Notes: generated from the sequence alone by a model not told the origin. A stretch of 64,000 bases of DNA from Geminicoccus sp. (GCA_002708995.1 PAPT01000032.1:100039-164038), one strand, 5' to 3'; positions 1 to 10,265 are shown, counted from the first letter of the stretch. A program made the numbers and translations.

Positions 1-833
1 CCGGGACCAGCCACCGCCGTCCCTTCGTCATCCGTCAGCCGGATCTCACCGCGTACGTCCTGCCCACGGCTGACTGGATGCGCGGGCCCGTCAACGCGGA
101 CTGGATCCTCGCCCGCTGCCACCACAAAGAAGTTGGGCGCCGAGCGCCGGAACGCGCTGGTATTGCGCAGATCATAGTGGATCGTTGCCCCCGCTTCGCC
201 TGCGCTGGATCCGGTCGACGCCACACACAAGTCCCAGCCGCGCAGCGCGCTCCAGGGTTCCAGCCCAAGGCCCCGGTACAGGCCCTGCGTCAGGGGCATG
301 GCCTGCACCACAGCTTCACGCCCGAGCACCAGCATCGACAGCAGCGCCATGGCTACGACGACGCCCAATCCCCACTGCCACCGCCGCACCATATCTTCAA
401 AGAACTGCTGCCTTCGGTCGACCGGCCGGGGTGCCAGCGCCTCTTCGAGTGTATCGAAGGCCGTCTCCGCTGCCGCCGGGTCGAGCCGGGTGACGATGAT
501 GTCCTCGGCGACGGCGGCCGGGCTCGCCTCAGCGTCTGCCAGTTCTGTCTGGGGTGTTTCGGCGCGGGCGCTGGCGTCGCTGCTTGCATCAGGATCCACG
601 CCATCGTCCAAATCTGCCAGGCCGCCTTCGTCGATCCGCGCCATGTCCAGCGCCGGCTCAAGCATGTCCAGCAGCGGTGCGTCCTTTCGCCCTTCGTTGA
701 AGTGAGCCTTGGTCACAGACTGGTTCCAGCGATAGCCGCACTCGGTGCACCGGACCTTGCGGGCGCCGTCCGAGAAGTGGATCTCAGACACCTCGTACTG
801 GGTTCCGCAGTTCGGGCAATCGACGCGCATGCC
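1..833 (-). CDS. MJ0042-type zinc-ribbon / DUF3426-like membrane protein. Partial: start codon at 831-833, C-terminus runs past position 1. It is missing from the ORF track because there is no in-window stop.
   Basis: Reverse-complement translation from 833 gives MRVDCPNCGTQYEVSEIHFSDGARKVRCTECGYRWNQ (two CxxC pairs), then an acidic low-complexity linker, one TM segment (GLGVVVAMALLSMLVL) and a C-terminal domain. It is divergent from ftsE, which is the usual alphaproteobacterial arrangement. Confidence 0.7.
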
Positions 834-1034
834 TTAGGTCTGACCTTTCAACCCGATGGGGCGCTCTGACAGCGCGCCCAAAGCGCTCGCTTCTCTGGCG
901 CATTACCGAGGCCAGAGTTTAGCCCAGAACAGCGAAAAACTGGAGGGTATCAAATCGGCGCTGGCTTTGGACAAGGGGAATAGATTATTTATGCCAGCGA
1001 CCACAGCTAAAATTCGATCCAAAGGGCAAAATTC

Positions 1035-1712
1035 GTGATTCGCATGGATCAGATCAGTGTGGACTTCCCCGCCCGCCTGGGGGTGCTGCAGGATGTATCG
1101 CTGCGGGTGCCCAGTGGCGGCTTCCGCTTTGTCACCGGCGCCAGCGGCGCGGGCAAGACCACCCTGCTGCGGCTTATGTTTCTCGGCATCCAGCCCAGCC
1201 AGGGGCGCCTGGAGGTCTTCGGCCGGGACACCCGCAAGCTGAGCCGCGACCAGAAAGCGCTGGTCCGCTCGCGCCTCGGCGTGGTGTTCCAGGACTTCCG
1301 CCTGATCGACCATTTGAGCGTCTATGACAACGTCGCCCTGCCGCTGCGGGTTTCAGGCAAGGCGCGGAAGGGCGACCGGGACTACGTCCATGAATTGCTG
1401 CACTGGGTCGGCCTGGGTGAGCACGCCGATGTCAGACCCGAGCAGCTCAGCGGCGGGCAGAAGCAGCGGGTCGCCATCGCCCGCGCGGTGATCAATCGCC
1501 CCAATCTGCTGCTCGCCGATGAGCCGACCGGCAATGTCGACGACGGGATCGGCATCAAGCTCATGCGCCTTCTCGAAGAGCTCAACAAGCTGGGCACCAC
1601 AGTGGTGGTCGCGACCCACAGCGCTGCTTTGCTGGAGCGCTTCGATTATCCGGCCATCCACCTCGAAGGCGGTCGGGTTAAAGCGGCAGGCCAGTCGGGG
1701 GCGGCGCCATGA
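1035..1712 (+). CDS. ftsE: Cell-division ABC transporter ATP-binding protein FtsE (GTG start)
   Basis: Walker [10 protein letters not shown], signature [14 protein letters not shown], Walker [14 protein letters not shown]-terminus [11 protein letters not shown] resembles FtsE. The stop overlaps the next ORF (ATGA). Confidence 0.9.
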   Translation: MIRMDQISVDFPARLGVLQDVSLRVPSGGFRFVTGASGAGKTTLLRLMFLGIQPSQGRLEVFGRDTRKLSRDQKALVRSRLGVVFQDFRLIDHLSVYDNVALPLRVSGKARKGDRDYVHELLHWVGLGEHADVRPEQLSGGQKQRVAIARAVINRPNLLLADEPTGNVDDGIGIKLMRLLEELNKLGTTVVVATHSAALLERFDYPAIHLEGGRVKAAGQSGAAP

Positions 1713-2668
1713 CACGGCAGCCAACTCAGCCACCGCCAAGCACGGCGGCAGCCACCGCGATGCCCGAGGCAAAGTCCGGGGTTCACCACGCTGCGCCTCA
1801 CGAACCGCTGCTGATCTTTCGCGGGCAGGCCGTGGCCCGACTGCTGCCGGTCCTGCTCGGGTTGATGAGCCTGCTGGCCGTGTTCTTCGTGCTGCAGTCG
1901 ATGCAGCGCCTGTTCGTCATTCAGTCGGCGCTGCGCGTCGCTGACGGCGAGCTGACCGTGATCGTCCCAACCGCGCCCGGCCTGCCCGATACCACGGAAG
2001 ATCCGGCGCTAAGACGGGCGCTTGACGTGCTCGAAGCCACGGTGGGCCTGACCCGCATCCGGACCCTCGACGAGGCTGCCACCCGTCGCCTGATCGGCGA
2101 TACGCTGAAGGCGGGCCTGGGCGCACAGGTGCCCCTGCCCGCGGTCATCACCCTCGGTCGAACCCCCCGGGTCGAGGTCTCTATGACCGAACTGCGCCGG
2201 GTGCTTGAACGCGCCGCACCGGGCAGCGTGCTGGATGACAACGCCGCCTTGCGCAGCCAGCTCAGCGCCCAGCGGCTGGCGGAAGCCGGCAGCACTGCGG
2301 CGCTGCTGGCCGTGCTGCTGCTGGTGGTTTCGGCGACCACGGTTCTCACCATCAGCCAGTCGATGGACCTGCAGGCACCGGTTATCGAAGTCCTGCTCAT
2401 GTCCGGGGCGCCGGACCGGCTGATCATCCGCCAGTTCACCGGTTTCGTGTGGCGGTTGGCGTTGCTGGGGGCCGGGCTGGGCGCCGGGACGGGCTGCGGG
2501 CTGCAGCTCCTTCTCTGGCTGCGATCCCCGGCGTCGGATCCAGCGTTGACGGCCACGCTACTGCCTGCGCTGGTGCTGGTCGCAGTCATCATTTTTGCCC
2601 TGATCGTACTGCTTGCCACTGTGACCACGCGGTGGCGTGTCACTGGAAAATTACGGCAGAGCTTCTGA
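1709..2668 (+). CDS. ftsX: Cell-division permease FtsX-like
   Basis: Translationally coupled to ftsE. One N-terminal TM, a large periplasmic loop, then three C-terminal TMs. Confidence 0.75.
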   Translation: MTRQPTQPPPSTAAATAMPEAKSGVHHAAPHEPLLIFRGQAVARLLPVLLGLMSLLAVFFVLQSMQRLFVIQSALRVADGELTVIVPTAPGLPDTTEDPALRRALDVLEATVGLTRIRTLDEAATRRLIGDTLKAGLGAQVPLPAVITLGRTPRVEVSMTELRRVLERAAPGSVLDDNAALRSQLSAQRLAEAGSTAALLAVLLLVVSATTVLTISQSMDLQAPVIEVLLMSGAPDRLIIRQFTGFVWRLALLGAGLGAGTGCGLQLLLWLRSPASDPALTATLLPALVLVAVIIFALIVLLATVTTRWRVTGKLRQSF

Positions 2669-2873
2669 GCCTGTGAATGGAAGGCTTGAACCCATCTGCG
2701 AGCGCGCTACCCTCTCGCCCGGGGCCGGTTGCTGCCGTCTCGTGTCTGGCCTTGTTCCCTCGTCCGCTGCGGGTTCGCCCATTCCCTGCTTGCTTGCCCG
2801 CCCACACTCAAACACCCACCCGCCTGCCTGCCTGCTTGCTGGCACTGGCGCCGTTAAGGAAAAACCGTCCACG

Positions 2874-3596
2874 ATGATGTCACTGCGTTCGACCATGGCG
2901 AAACTCGCCGGCTATGCCTGGACAGGGATCATGGGAGCCATCGGCTGGCCGGTGGTGTTCTTCGGCAAGGGCGCGACGCTGGCTTTTGGCCTGTTCTGGG
3001 CGCGCGGAGTCCTCTTCATCTCCCGCTTTTTCGCCGGAGTGCGCTGGCAGGTGACAGGGCTGGAGAACCTGCCGGAAGGCCCGTTCATCCTCGCCTCCAA
3101 GCACCAGTCGTTCTTCGACACCGTGGTCTGGAGCCAGCTCATCCCCAACGCCGCCTACGTGATGAAGGAAGAGCTGCTGAGCCAGCCCATCTTCGGCTGG
3201 TTCATCCGCCATATCGACGTGGTCGCACTGGACCGGAAAGCCGGGCTGTCTTCGCTGAAAAAGCTGCTGGTGGACTCGCAGGCCAAGGCAGACCAAGGCC
3301 TGCCCGTGGTGATCTTCCCTGAAGGCACACGCACCCGGCCGGGCGAGCGCGGGCGCTACCACCCGGGCGTTGCCGCTATGTACGAGAAGCTGAACCTGCC
3401 CGTGGTGCCCGTGGGCACCGACAGCGGCGTGTTCTGGGATCAGGGTCTGAAAGGCCTGAAGCAGGGCGTCATCACCGTCGCCATCCAGCCCGCCATCCAG
3501 CCCGGCCTCGACAAACGCGCTTTCCTCACCGAGGTCTCGGAGTGCATCGAAACCTCGTCTTTGTCGCTGTTCGAGCAGGCACAGATCGCGGGCTGA
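2874..3596 (+). CDS. plsC: 1-acyl-sn-glycerol-3-phosphate (lysophospholipid) acyltransferase
   Basis: HX4D motif (SKHQSFFDT) and FPEGTR motif. The ORF-track start at 2637 is probably too far upstream; the internal ATG at 2874 (MMSLRS...) fits the family length. Confidence 0.85.
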   Translation: MMSLRSTMAKLAGYAWTGIMGAIGWPVVFFGKGATLAFGLFWARGVLFISRFFAGVRWQVTGLENLPEGPFILASKHQSFFDTVVWSQLIPNAAYVMKEELLSQPIFGWFIRHIDVVALDRKAGLSSLKKLLVDSQAKADQGLPVVIFPEGTRTRPGERGRYHPGVAAMYEKLNLPVVPVGTDSGVFWDQGLKGLKQGVITVAIQPAIQPGLDKRAFLTEVSECIETSSLSLFEQAQIAG

Positions 3597-3794
3597 TACC
3601 CGCCATCGATCCCCATCAGCGCGGCGAAAGTCGAGGTCGGCCGAAAGCCAGTCACCCGTTACGATTGCACGCAATTTGTTTTATAATCCATCTACATTTC
3701 AGGGCTAGGGTGTAGTAGGTCTGGAGCCGCAAGCCGGTCACCGGATGACCCGACCGCGGACCCCTATCATTCGGGCCGCTTTGGAGGATTTGAT

Positions 3795-5702
3795 TTGCTG
3801 CGCTTCAACCGTCTCCGCGCACCTGCCGCTGCGTGCCTCTCCGCCCTGTGTCTGGCAGCCACGCCGCTGGTTCCGGGTGCGGGCCTGTCGCTAGCCCCGT
3901 CGATGGCGCAGGCGCAGTCTGGGTCTGCCCCAAAGACGGCTCAGGCGCTGATCACCGGTGAGCTCGAACACACTTTCGGCCTGCTCGGCCCGCTGCCGCT
4001 GGACGCAGCCTCAGTCACCGAAGACGCCGGGGGCGGGGTGTTGGCCCAATTCACCATATTCGGCCGGCCTGTTGGCACGCTGGCCGTGGATGTTGCGCCC
4101 TCGGGCGACGGGCTGTGGACCGTGGCCAGCCGCGACTGGCGCGCGGGAGCAGACCTCGATGCCAGCGCCGGCGCTGCTTCAGACAGCTGGCAGCTGCAGG
4201 GGCTCTGGGACCAGCGCATCCGCGGCTATCGGCAGCTCGGCTACCGGGTGCAGGGTCTGACACTGCGGACAGCGCAGGGCGGCGAGTTCAACATCGATGA
4301 GCTGAGCATGGTCGCAAACCCGGCCGGCTACCGCGTGCAGGTGTGGGGGCTGCACGTTTCCGGCGGCACCGCACCCACGAACGAGGGCGACCCCGACACC
4401 TCGGCGAGCTTCACGATCGGTGAAGTGCGCTACCAGAGCCAGTGGCAGGGTGGGGCGCCCGGGTCGGCCTACGCGAGCCTCGGCCGCGCCTTTGACTATC
4501 GCTTTCTGAAGGCCATTGATAACGGTAGCGAAGCCCTGATTGCGGCGACGATGGCGCATCTGCAGGCGCTGTACCTGCCCGCTTTGGCATCGCGTACAGA
4601 CCTCGAGATCCGCGACCTCGGCCTGTCCGTTGGCGCGCTCGGCCTAACTGTGCAGATCGACCGGCTGACCCTGCCTGGCGGGTCTGAGGGCGACGCGCTC
4701 AAAGCCCAGGACCTGCAGCTGACCATGGACGGCTTGGAGATTCAGCGGCGGGAAGACTTCGCCAGTCTCAATCAGGCGCAACTGAGCCTGAACCTTGCCG
4801 AGGCTGATGTCGCCGCCTTCACCGGTGCGCTCGCCACCCTGTTCGCCGAAGCGGAACCGGGGAGCAGCTGGTCGGTGCTGGCTGATGTCTTCCTGTTCTT
4901 CAGCAGCCTGCGGGTCGAGGGCTCGGTCAGCGGCATGGTATTCACGCTGCCCGACCGGCTGTTCTCCCTGACCATGGCGGAGGCAGCGGGCAGCCTGCAG
5001 CTCAGCGACATGCGGCTGGATGGCGCCGGGGTGACCCTGCAAGTACGGGCCGACGGCATCAACCTCAGCGCCCTGCCGTCCGAAGCACGGATCGAGCCTG
5101 ATCTGATCGGCGTCCCGGCCGTGGTGCCGGTGCTGGGCGGGCGCCTCGTGCGCTTCGACCCGCTGTCGCAGAGCCTCGTGCCGTTACAGCTTAGCACCAC
5201 GGTGGACATTACCGCCCTGCCCATGGCCAACCTGCGCGAAACCCTCGGCAGCCTGCCGCGGGCCGGGTCGGTGCAGGACCCCCGCACGCTGCTCCGTTCG
5301 CTGGCAACCGGCGCGCTGGGCATGATCACACCCTTCCTAATCCAGCCGCCCATGGTTGCTGTCAGCGACACCGTGGCGACGGCTGAAGACTTCAGCGTGA
5401 GTCTGGAGGGCACCCATCAGGTCATGCCGATCCCGCCGCTGTTCGGGTTCGGCAGCTTTGTGGCCAATATCAGTGGGTTGGACGCCGTAAGCCGTCGCGC
5501 GGAGCAAACTGCCGCTGATGCCGAAGCTTCAGGGGGTGAAGACGCGCAGGGCATGCAGGAATACGGCAGGCAAATCGCCGGCTGGGCCAGCCGTCTGGGT
5601 GACTTTGGCGCTGCTTCGAGCAACGACCAGCGCCGCTACGCGCTTGAACTCACCCAGCTGGGGGAGATCATCCTCAACGGGGACATTATCGCCCCGCAAT
5701 AG
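3795..5702 (+). CDS. Large secreted hypothetical protein (possibly DUF2125/AsmA-like, unverified); TTG start with GGAGG Shine-Dalgarno
   Basis: Sec signal peptide (AAACLSALCLAATPLVPGAG...AQAQ). Ala/Gly/Leu-rich, no recognisable catalytic motif. C-terminal region resembles that of the next ORF. Confidence 0.6.
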   Translation: MLRFNRLRAPAAACLSALCLAATPLVPGAGLSLAPSMAQAQSGSAPKTAQALITGELEHTFGLLGPLPLDAASVTEDAGGGVLAQFTIFGRPVGTLAVDVAPSGDGLWTVASRDWRAGADLDASAGAASDSWQLQGLWDQRIRGYRQLGYRVQGLTLRTAQGGEFNIDELSMVANPAGYRVQVWGLHVSGGTAPTNEGDPDTSASFTIGEVRYQSQWQGGAPGSAYASLGRAFDYRFLKAIDNGSEALIAATMAHLQALYLPALASRTDLEIRDLGLSVGALGLTVQIDRLTLPGGSEGDALKAQDLQLTMDGLEIQRREDFASLNQAQLSLNLAEADVAAFTGALATLFAEAEPGSSWSVLADVFLFFSSLRVEGSVSGMVFTLPDRLFSLTMAEAAGSLQLSDMRLDGAGVTLQVRADGINLSALPSEARIEPDLIGVPAVVPVLGGRLVRFDPLSQSLVPLQLSTTVDITALPMANLRETLGSLPRAGSVQDPRTLLRSLATGALGMITPFLIQPPMVAVSDTVATAEDFSVSLEGTHQVMPIPPLFGFGSFVANISGLDAVSRRAEQTAADAEASGGEDAQGMQEYGRQIAGWASRLGDFGAASSNDQRRYALELTQLGEIILNGDIIAPQ

Positions 5703-5825
5703 CCTTTCTGTGAACCGAGACTGGAAACTCTCGAGGAATCGAGACATTCTGTCACGCCTAGATCTAACCAGTATTCAGCGACGCGGGGTTTAGCCTCTGG
5801 TCGCTGTCAGGGCAAAGAGGCGACC

Positions 5826-8210
5826 ATGCGCGAGTTCAAATCAGGGCTTACCTCTTCGGACAAACTGCTGAAATCACGGCTTTTCAACCGGATCAAACAC
5901 CGCTGTTTTGCGGGGCTGAAGACCCTATTTACCCTCGCTGGACTGATGCTTGCGCTGGCGCTGACGCCGGTGAACACGCAGGCCCAGTCGACCGACGAGG
6001 GCCTGAGCGAAGGCGCAGTCTCGTCCCTGCTCAGTCAGGTGCAGGAGCGACCGATCTCTCTGTTCCTCGGCCTGCCGGTTGTAACTGACGGCTTCGAGGT
6101 CTTCGACCCCGACGGCAAGGGCGAGACCTTCGAAATCACCGCGACCAATGCCCAGTTTGCCGGTCAGGCGCTGGGCGATCTCGTCTTTGCCGGCGTGGCC
6201 GACGACCACAGCCTGTCGCTTAGCCTCGACCTACTGCCCGTCGCACAGTCCTACTGGACCGACCGCCCGAGCGTGATCGACGCCGAAGCCCTGACGCTCG
6301 AAGTCTCGATCGACCAGCGCACGGCCAACTTCGAGCGCATTGCCCTCGCTGGCAGCAACCTGCGCTTTGCCGATGCCTCAGACCCGGAAGCCAGTTTTTT
6401 TGGCTTGGACAGCCTCAGCCTGTCCATTAACGATGCCGAGGGTCAGGAGCGGCTGCTGGCGGGTATCGACCTGCAGGTGGCAGTGTTCCAAATCGAAGGG
6501 GAGCGGCTGCTTGATATCGAAAGCCTCTCCGGTGCCTTTCAGTCACCGCGCGCGAGGGGCAAATTCCTGCACGAGGAGCTGAACTACGGGATGACCACTT
6601 CGATGCTGGTGCTGGCGGGTCTGATCGACCCCATGCTGATCGTGCCGGACCTGCTCGAGCGTTGGGCGCCGCTGTTAGAACAGACCCCGATCGACCTCGA
6701 CAGCAGCCTGACGCTCGGCCCGGTTCAGCTGCAACGCTACAACTTTGCGGGCAACGATATCTCTGTTGATCTCAGCGGTATGACGCTGGAATCCGTCTTC
6801 GACGCCGCGTCTAACGACAGTCTTGCACGCTTCGATATTGGCAGCGGCAGCGTCGGGCTGAAGGCCTTCGGCAGCGACGGTACGTTTGAGCTGGCTTCCT
6901 TCGAAGGCGGTCGTCTGGATGCATCCACGCTGCAGACGGCGGGCACCGACAGCCGCTTCATCGCGGAGATCATGCGGGCGCTGGCCGGTGATATCCGCAC
7001 CGCTGTCGCAGAGGGCGGTGAGGGCGATCCCCTGGCGGCTCTGACCCCCGCCCTGATCCGGCACAGCGCTGCCTTGCTCGACGGCGCGCTGGAACAGCTG
7101 GAGCGGACCGAGCAGTCGCTGTCTCTCGCTGGCCTCAGCGTCGCGGTCTCTCCCGAGCCGGGTGCGCCGCGCGTGTCGCTGGACGAGGCGCTGCTGTCCT
7201 CGGTTGTCGACTACAGCGGTGATCAGGATGTGCAGGAGACCATCTTTGCCCTGCGTGGCCTGTCCGGTGACGTGGCCGGGCTTGGCTGGGGCGGGCGCAT
7301 CGGCGGCTTCGAGCTGCGTTCGGTCAACAGCAACGTGCTGACGGTGTTCCGCGACATCCTCAGCGGGCTGGCGGTTGAGCAGGTCAGCATGGGTGATGGC
7401 ATCCGGCTGGCGCTGGCGACTTACCTGCCAAGCCTGTCGGTGGCGATCACGGATGTCGAGGTTGCGGGCGCGCTGCCCGGTGGTGATGCCGGGTTTGACG
7501 TGCAGCTGGGCAAGTTCGGGCTGGGCTTCGAAACCAGCAATCTCGCCTCTGACCGGGCCCGGCTGGGTCTGCTGCTTGAGCAATCGGGGCTGAACCTTGA
7601 CCTCCGCAGCGACTGGGACCTCGACCCCACCATGCTGGCGCTGTTCCTCGGCGAGGGCGATGCGCCGGGCCTGCTGCCGCAGGATATCCGGCTGGAAGCC
7701 GGGATCGAGCGTATTCCGATGGAGCAGGTGCTGACCATTGCCAACACCATGCTGCTGCCCGTCAGCGATTTGACGCAGGCTACTGATCTGGATATTCAGG
7801 CGCTCACCATGTCCGGCTTTGCGCTGGTTTCTCCGTTCTTCTCCTCACCGCCATCGCTGGTGGTGGCACCGTCCTACGTGCGCGGTGGTCTGGTTGGCGC
7901 CGAAGCCGCGGGTGACGTCGTGATCAGCCCGTTGGCCGAACCCAACTTCGGCGAAGGACAGATCGACCTGCGCGTGACTGGGCTGGGCGCGTTGAAGCAG
8001 ATGGTGGAAGGCCAGATGGAGGCACTCAGCGGGGGTGATTCGGACGAGGCCCGCTCCACGCTCGACCTACTGTCGCAGCTTGGGGGACTGAGCATGCTGA
8101 TGGACAGCCTCGGCATTCCCGCCGAGGACGAAGACGCGCTCAATTTCGTGATCGAAGTCCCCTTGGGTGCCCCCATCAACGTCAACGGCTATCCGGTCGG
8201 TGGAAACTGA
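5826..8210 (+). CDS. Large secreted hypothetical protein, paralog of the preceding ORF
   Basis: Signal peptide ending TPVNTQAQ. Same composition and architecture as 3795..5702; the two C-terminal ends are similar (…LNGDIIAPQ vs …INVNGYPVGGN). Confidence 0.6.
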   Translation: MREFKSGLTSSDKLLKSRLFNRIKHRCFAGLKTLFTLAGLMLALALTPVNTQAQSTDEGLSEGAVSSLLSQVQERPISLFLGLPVVTDGFEVFDPDGKGETFEITATNAQFAGQALGDLVFAGVADDHSLSLSLDLLPVAQSYWTDRPSVIDAEALTLEVSIDQRTANFERIALAGSNLRFADASDPEASFFGLDSLSLSINDAEGQERLLAGIDLQVAVFQIEGERLLDIESLSGAFQSPRARGKFLHEELNYGMTTSMLVLAGLIDPMLIVPDLLERWAPLLEQTPIDLDSSLTLGPVQLQRYNFAGNDISVDLSGMTLESVFDAASNDSLARFDIGSGSVGLKAFGSDGTFELASFEGGRLDASTLQTAGTDSRFIAEIMRALAGDIRTAVAEGGEGDPLAALTPALIRHSAALLDGALEQLERTEQSLSLAGLSVAVSPEPGAPRVSLDEALLSSVVDYSGDQDVQETIFALRGLSGDVAGLGWGGRIGGFELRSVNSNVLTVFRDILSGLAVEQVSMGDGIRLALATYLPSLSVAITDVEVAGALPGGDAGFDVQLGKFGLGFETSNLASDRARLGLLLEQSGLNLDLRSDWDLDPTMLALFLGEGDAPGLLPQDIRLEAGIERIPMEQVLTIANTMLLPVSDLTQATDLDIQALTMSGFALVSPFFSSPPSLVVAPSYVRGGLVGAEAAGDVVISPLAEPNFGEGQIDLRVTGLGALKQMVEGQMEALSGGDSDEARSTLDLLSQLGGLSMLMDSLGIPAEDEDALNFVIEVPLGAPINVNGYPVGGN

Positions 8211-8317
8211 CCAAAGCTCGGTTGTGTCTCCGGGTTGGCTGCTGCACGGCCGACCGCTGAGCGCTTCGGCGGCGGTCCGGCTTTCCCCCGCCGTCGTTTC
8301 GGGCTAACGAAGGGTAT

Positions 8318-9652
8318 ATGACGTCCCAACCCCAATCCCCGCTCGATGCTTACGAAAGGGCGCTTGCGTCCGGTGAACTCCGGCCACAGGTCGCGCAGCG
8401 TCGTGCCGTTGAAGCGCTCGAAGACCTGTACCGTGAGCTTTCTATGTCGCGGGCGATCCAGAAGCGGCGCCGGGACGCAGCGGCGCGGGCACGGCGGCAG
8501 GGTGCGGCCGCCAAGGCGTTGCAACAGCCGATGCGGCGCGGTGGCTTGCTCGGCTGGCTCGTCGCCCTGTTCGGGGGTGGTCGCAGCAGCGACGGCGGGA
8601 GTGCAGAGGACGAGGCGCTGGCCCGGGAAGCAACCTTCGCCCGCAGTCTTTACCTCTTCGGCCCGGTCGGGCGCGGCAAAACCACGGCCATGGACCTTTT
8701 CTACGAGGCACTGGGGCCGAAGAAGGCACAGCGACGCCACTTCCACGAGTTCATGAGCGAGCTGCACGCGGATATCCATGCCCGCCGGGAAAAGGGCGAC
8801 GCCCGGGGTGACACGGCCGCGCGGTTCGCCCGGGCGCAGGCCAAGCGCGCCAAGGTGCTGTGCTTTGACGAATTCTTCGTCAACAACATCGCCGATGCGA
8901 CCCTGCTCGGCCGTGTCCTGACCGTGCTGATCGACGAAGGCGTGACGGTGGTCACAACCTCCAACCAGCCCCCCGCCGAGCTCTACCCGGGCGGACTGAA
9001 GCGGGAGCTGTTCCTGCCGACCATCGCGCTGATCGAAGAAGAGTTCAGCGTGGTTAACCTCGACCACGGGCAGGACTACCGCCTGACCGGGGTCGCCGAC
9101 ACCGAAGCCTGGCTGCAGCCGCTCGATGACCGCTCAGCGCGGCTGTTCCGCGGCCTGTTCGAGCGCGAAGCCGGGCGGCGCGAGGGCCAGCCGCTGCAGC
9201 TGTCTCTGCTTGGTCGCAGTCTCGAAGTGCCGGAAGCCGTGGGCCGGACCGCGCTGTTCCGCTTTGCCGATCTCTGCGAAGCGCCGCTGGGCCGGGATGA
9301 TTTCCAGCTGCTGGCGCAGTCCTTCGACCGCGTGTTCATCGATGAGATCCCAGTGATCCGCTACGCCAACCGCGAGAGCGGCGAGCGGTTCCGGGTGATG
9401 ATCGACGTGCTCTATGAGGCGGGAACCTGCGTCTACGGCCGCGCCGAAGCGCCGATCGGGGAGCTGATCCGTCTCGAAGAGCACGAAATGCCGCCCTTCC
9501 TGCGTACCGAATCCCGGCTTGTGGAGATGCAGAGCCTCGCCTACCGCCAGCCTGCAAAGGCACAGCCGGAGCCCCAGCCCACACCCAAGGGCAAGTTCAA
9601 GGCCAAGGCCAAGCCACGCAAATCAGCGAATGGCGGTTCGAAGCAGGCCTGA
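8318..9652 (+). CDS. zapE: ZapE/AFG1-family ATPase (cell division protein ZapE)
   Basis: P-loop LYLFGPVGRGKT; N-terminal motif typical of ZapE; Lys-rich C-terminal tail. Confidence 0.85.
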   Translation: MTSQPQSPLDAYERALASGELRPQVAQRRAVEALEDLYRELSMSRAIQKRRRDAAARARRQGAAAKALQQPMRRGGLLGWLVALFGGGRSSDGGSAEDEALAREATFARSLYLFGPVGRGKTTAMDLFYEALGPKKAQRRHFHEFMSELHADIHARREKGDARGDTAARFARAQAKRAKVLCFDEFFVNNIADATLLGRVLTVLIDEGVTVVTTSNQPPAELYPGGLKRELFLPTIALIEEEFSVVNLDHGQDYRLTGVADTEAWLQPLDDRSARLFRGLFEREAGRREGQPLQLSLLGRSLEVPEAVGRTALFRFADLCEAPLGRDDFQLLAQSFDRVFIDEIPVIRYANRESGERFRVMIDVLYEAGTCVYGRAEAPIGELIRLEEHEMPPFLRTESRLVEMQSLAYRQPAKAQPEPQPTPKGKFKAKAKPRKSANGGSKQA

Positions 9653-9692
9653 GGCTCTGGCTTCAATCAGGCGGCGCAAGGCGCCGATGCTC

Positions 9693-10265
9693 CTAGTCGC
9701 GTGAGGCGCCGGGAACCCAGAGCACGTCCGACTTGCCGTCGTCGTTGCAGATCCGCGCCAGCACGAACATCAGGTCCGAGAGCCGGTTGAGGTAGCGGAT
9801 GGCCTCGGGGTTGATATCGACTTTATCGCCCAGTTCAACCGTCAGCCGTTCGGCGCGGCGGACCACGGTGCGGCTCAGGTGGAACTGCGTCGCCGCCGCG
9901 CTGCCACCGGGCAGGATGAACGACGTCAGCGGCTGCAGGCGCGCGTTGTAGCGGTCGATATCGGCTTCCAGCTTCTCGACTTGCCCCTCGGTCACGCGCA
10001 GCGGTTCGAAGGACAGCTCGGCATCCAGCGGCGTGGCCAGATCGGCCCCCAGATCGAACATGTCGTTCTGGAGGCGGGCAATAATCTTGTCGATGTTGGG
10101 CCAGTCGCCGAGCGTCAGCCGCACCATGCCGAGGACGGCGTTGGCCTCGTCCACCGTGCCGTAGGCTTCGACCCGCAGGTCGTACTTCGCAACCCGTGTG
10201 CCAGTGGACAGGCTGGTTTTGCCCTTGTCGCCGCCCTTCGTGTAGATGCGCGTCAGTTCGACCAC
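9693..10265 (-). CDS. ATP:cob(I)alamin adenosyltransferase, PduO type
   Basis: N-terminus MVELTRIYTKGGDKGKTSL is the PduO/MMAB-family signature. Confidence 0.85.
   Translation of the reverse strand: MVELTRIYTKGGDKGKTSLSTGTRVAKYDLRVEAYGTVDEANAVLGMVRLTLGDWPNIDKIIARLQNDMFDLGADLATPLDAELSFEPLRVTEGQVEKLEADIDRYNARLQPLTSFILPGGSAAATQFHLSRTVVRRAERLTVELGDKVDINPEAIRYLNRLSDLMFVLARICNDDGKSDVLWVPGASRD

Noticed and set aside
78-869. 263-aa plus-strand ORF at the window start
   Set aside because: Arg/Ala/Pro-rich low-complexity translation typical of high-GC antisense frames. The opposite strand encodes a convincing zinc-ribbon/DUF3426 protein.
2669-2873. ORF 2677..2877 and CTGC/CTTG-rich simple repeats upstream of plsC
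   Set aside because: Pro/Ala/Leu low-complexity translation of a simple-sequence tract (cctgcctgcctgcttgc). Treated as intergenic, probably the promoter region.
2880-3674. 264-aa minus-strand ORF
   Set aside because: Antisense to plsC, which has the HX4D and FPEGTR motifs.
8189-9067. 292-aa minus-strand ORF
   Set aside because: Antisense to zapE (which has a P-loop and a conserved N-terminus).
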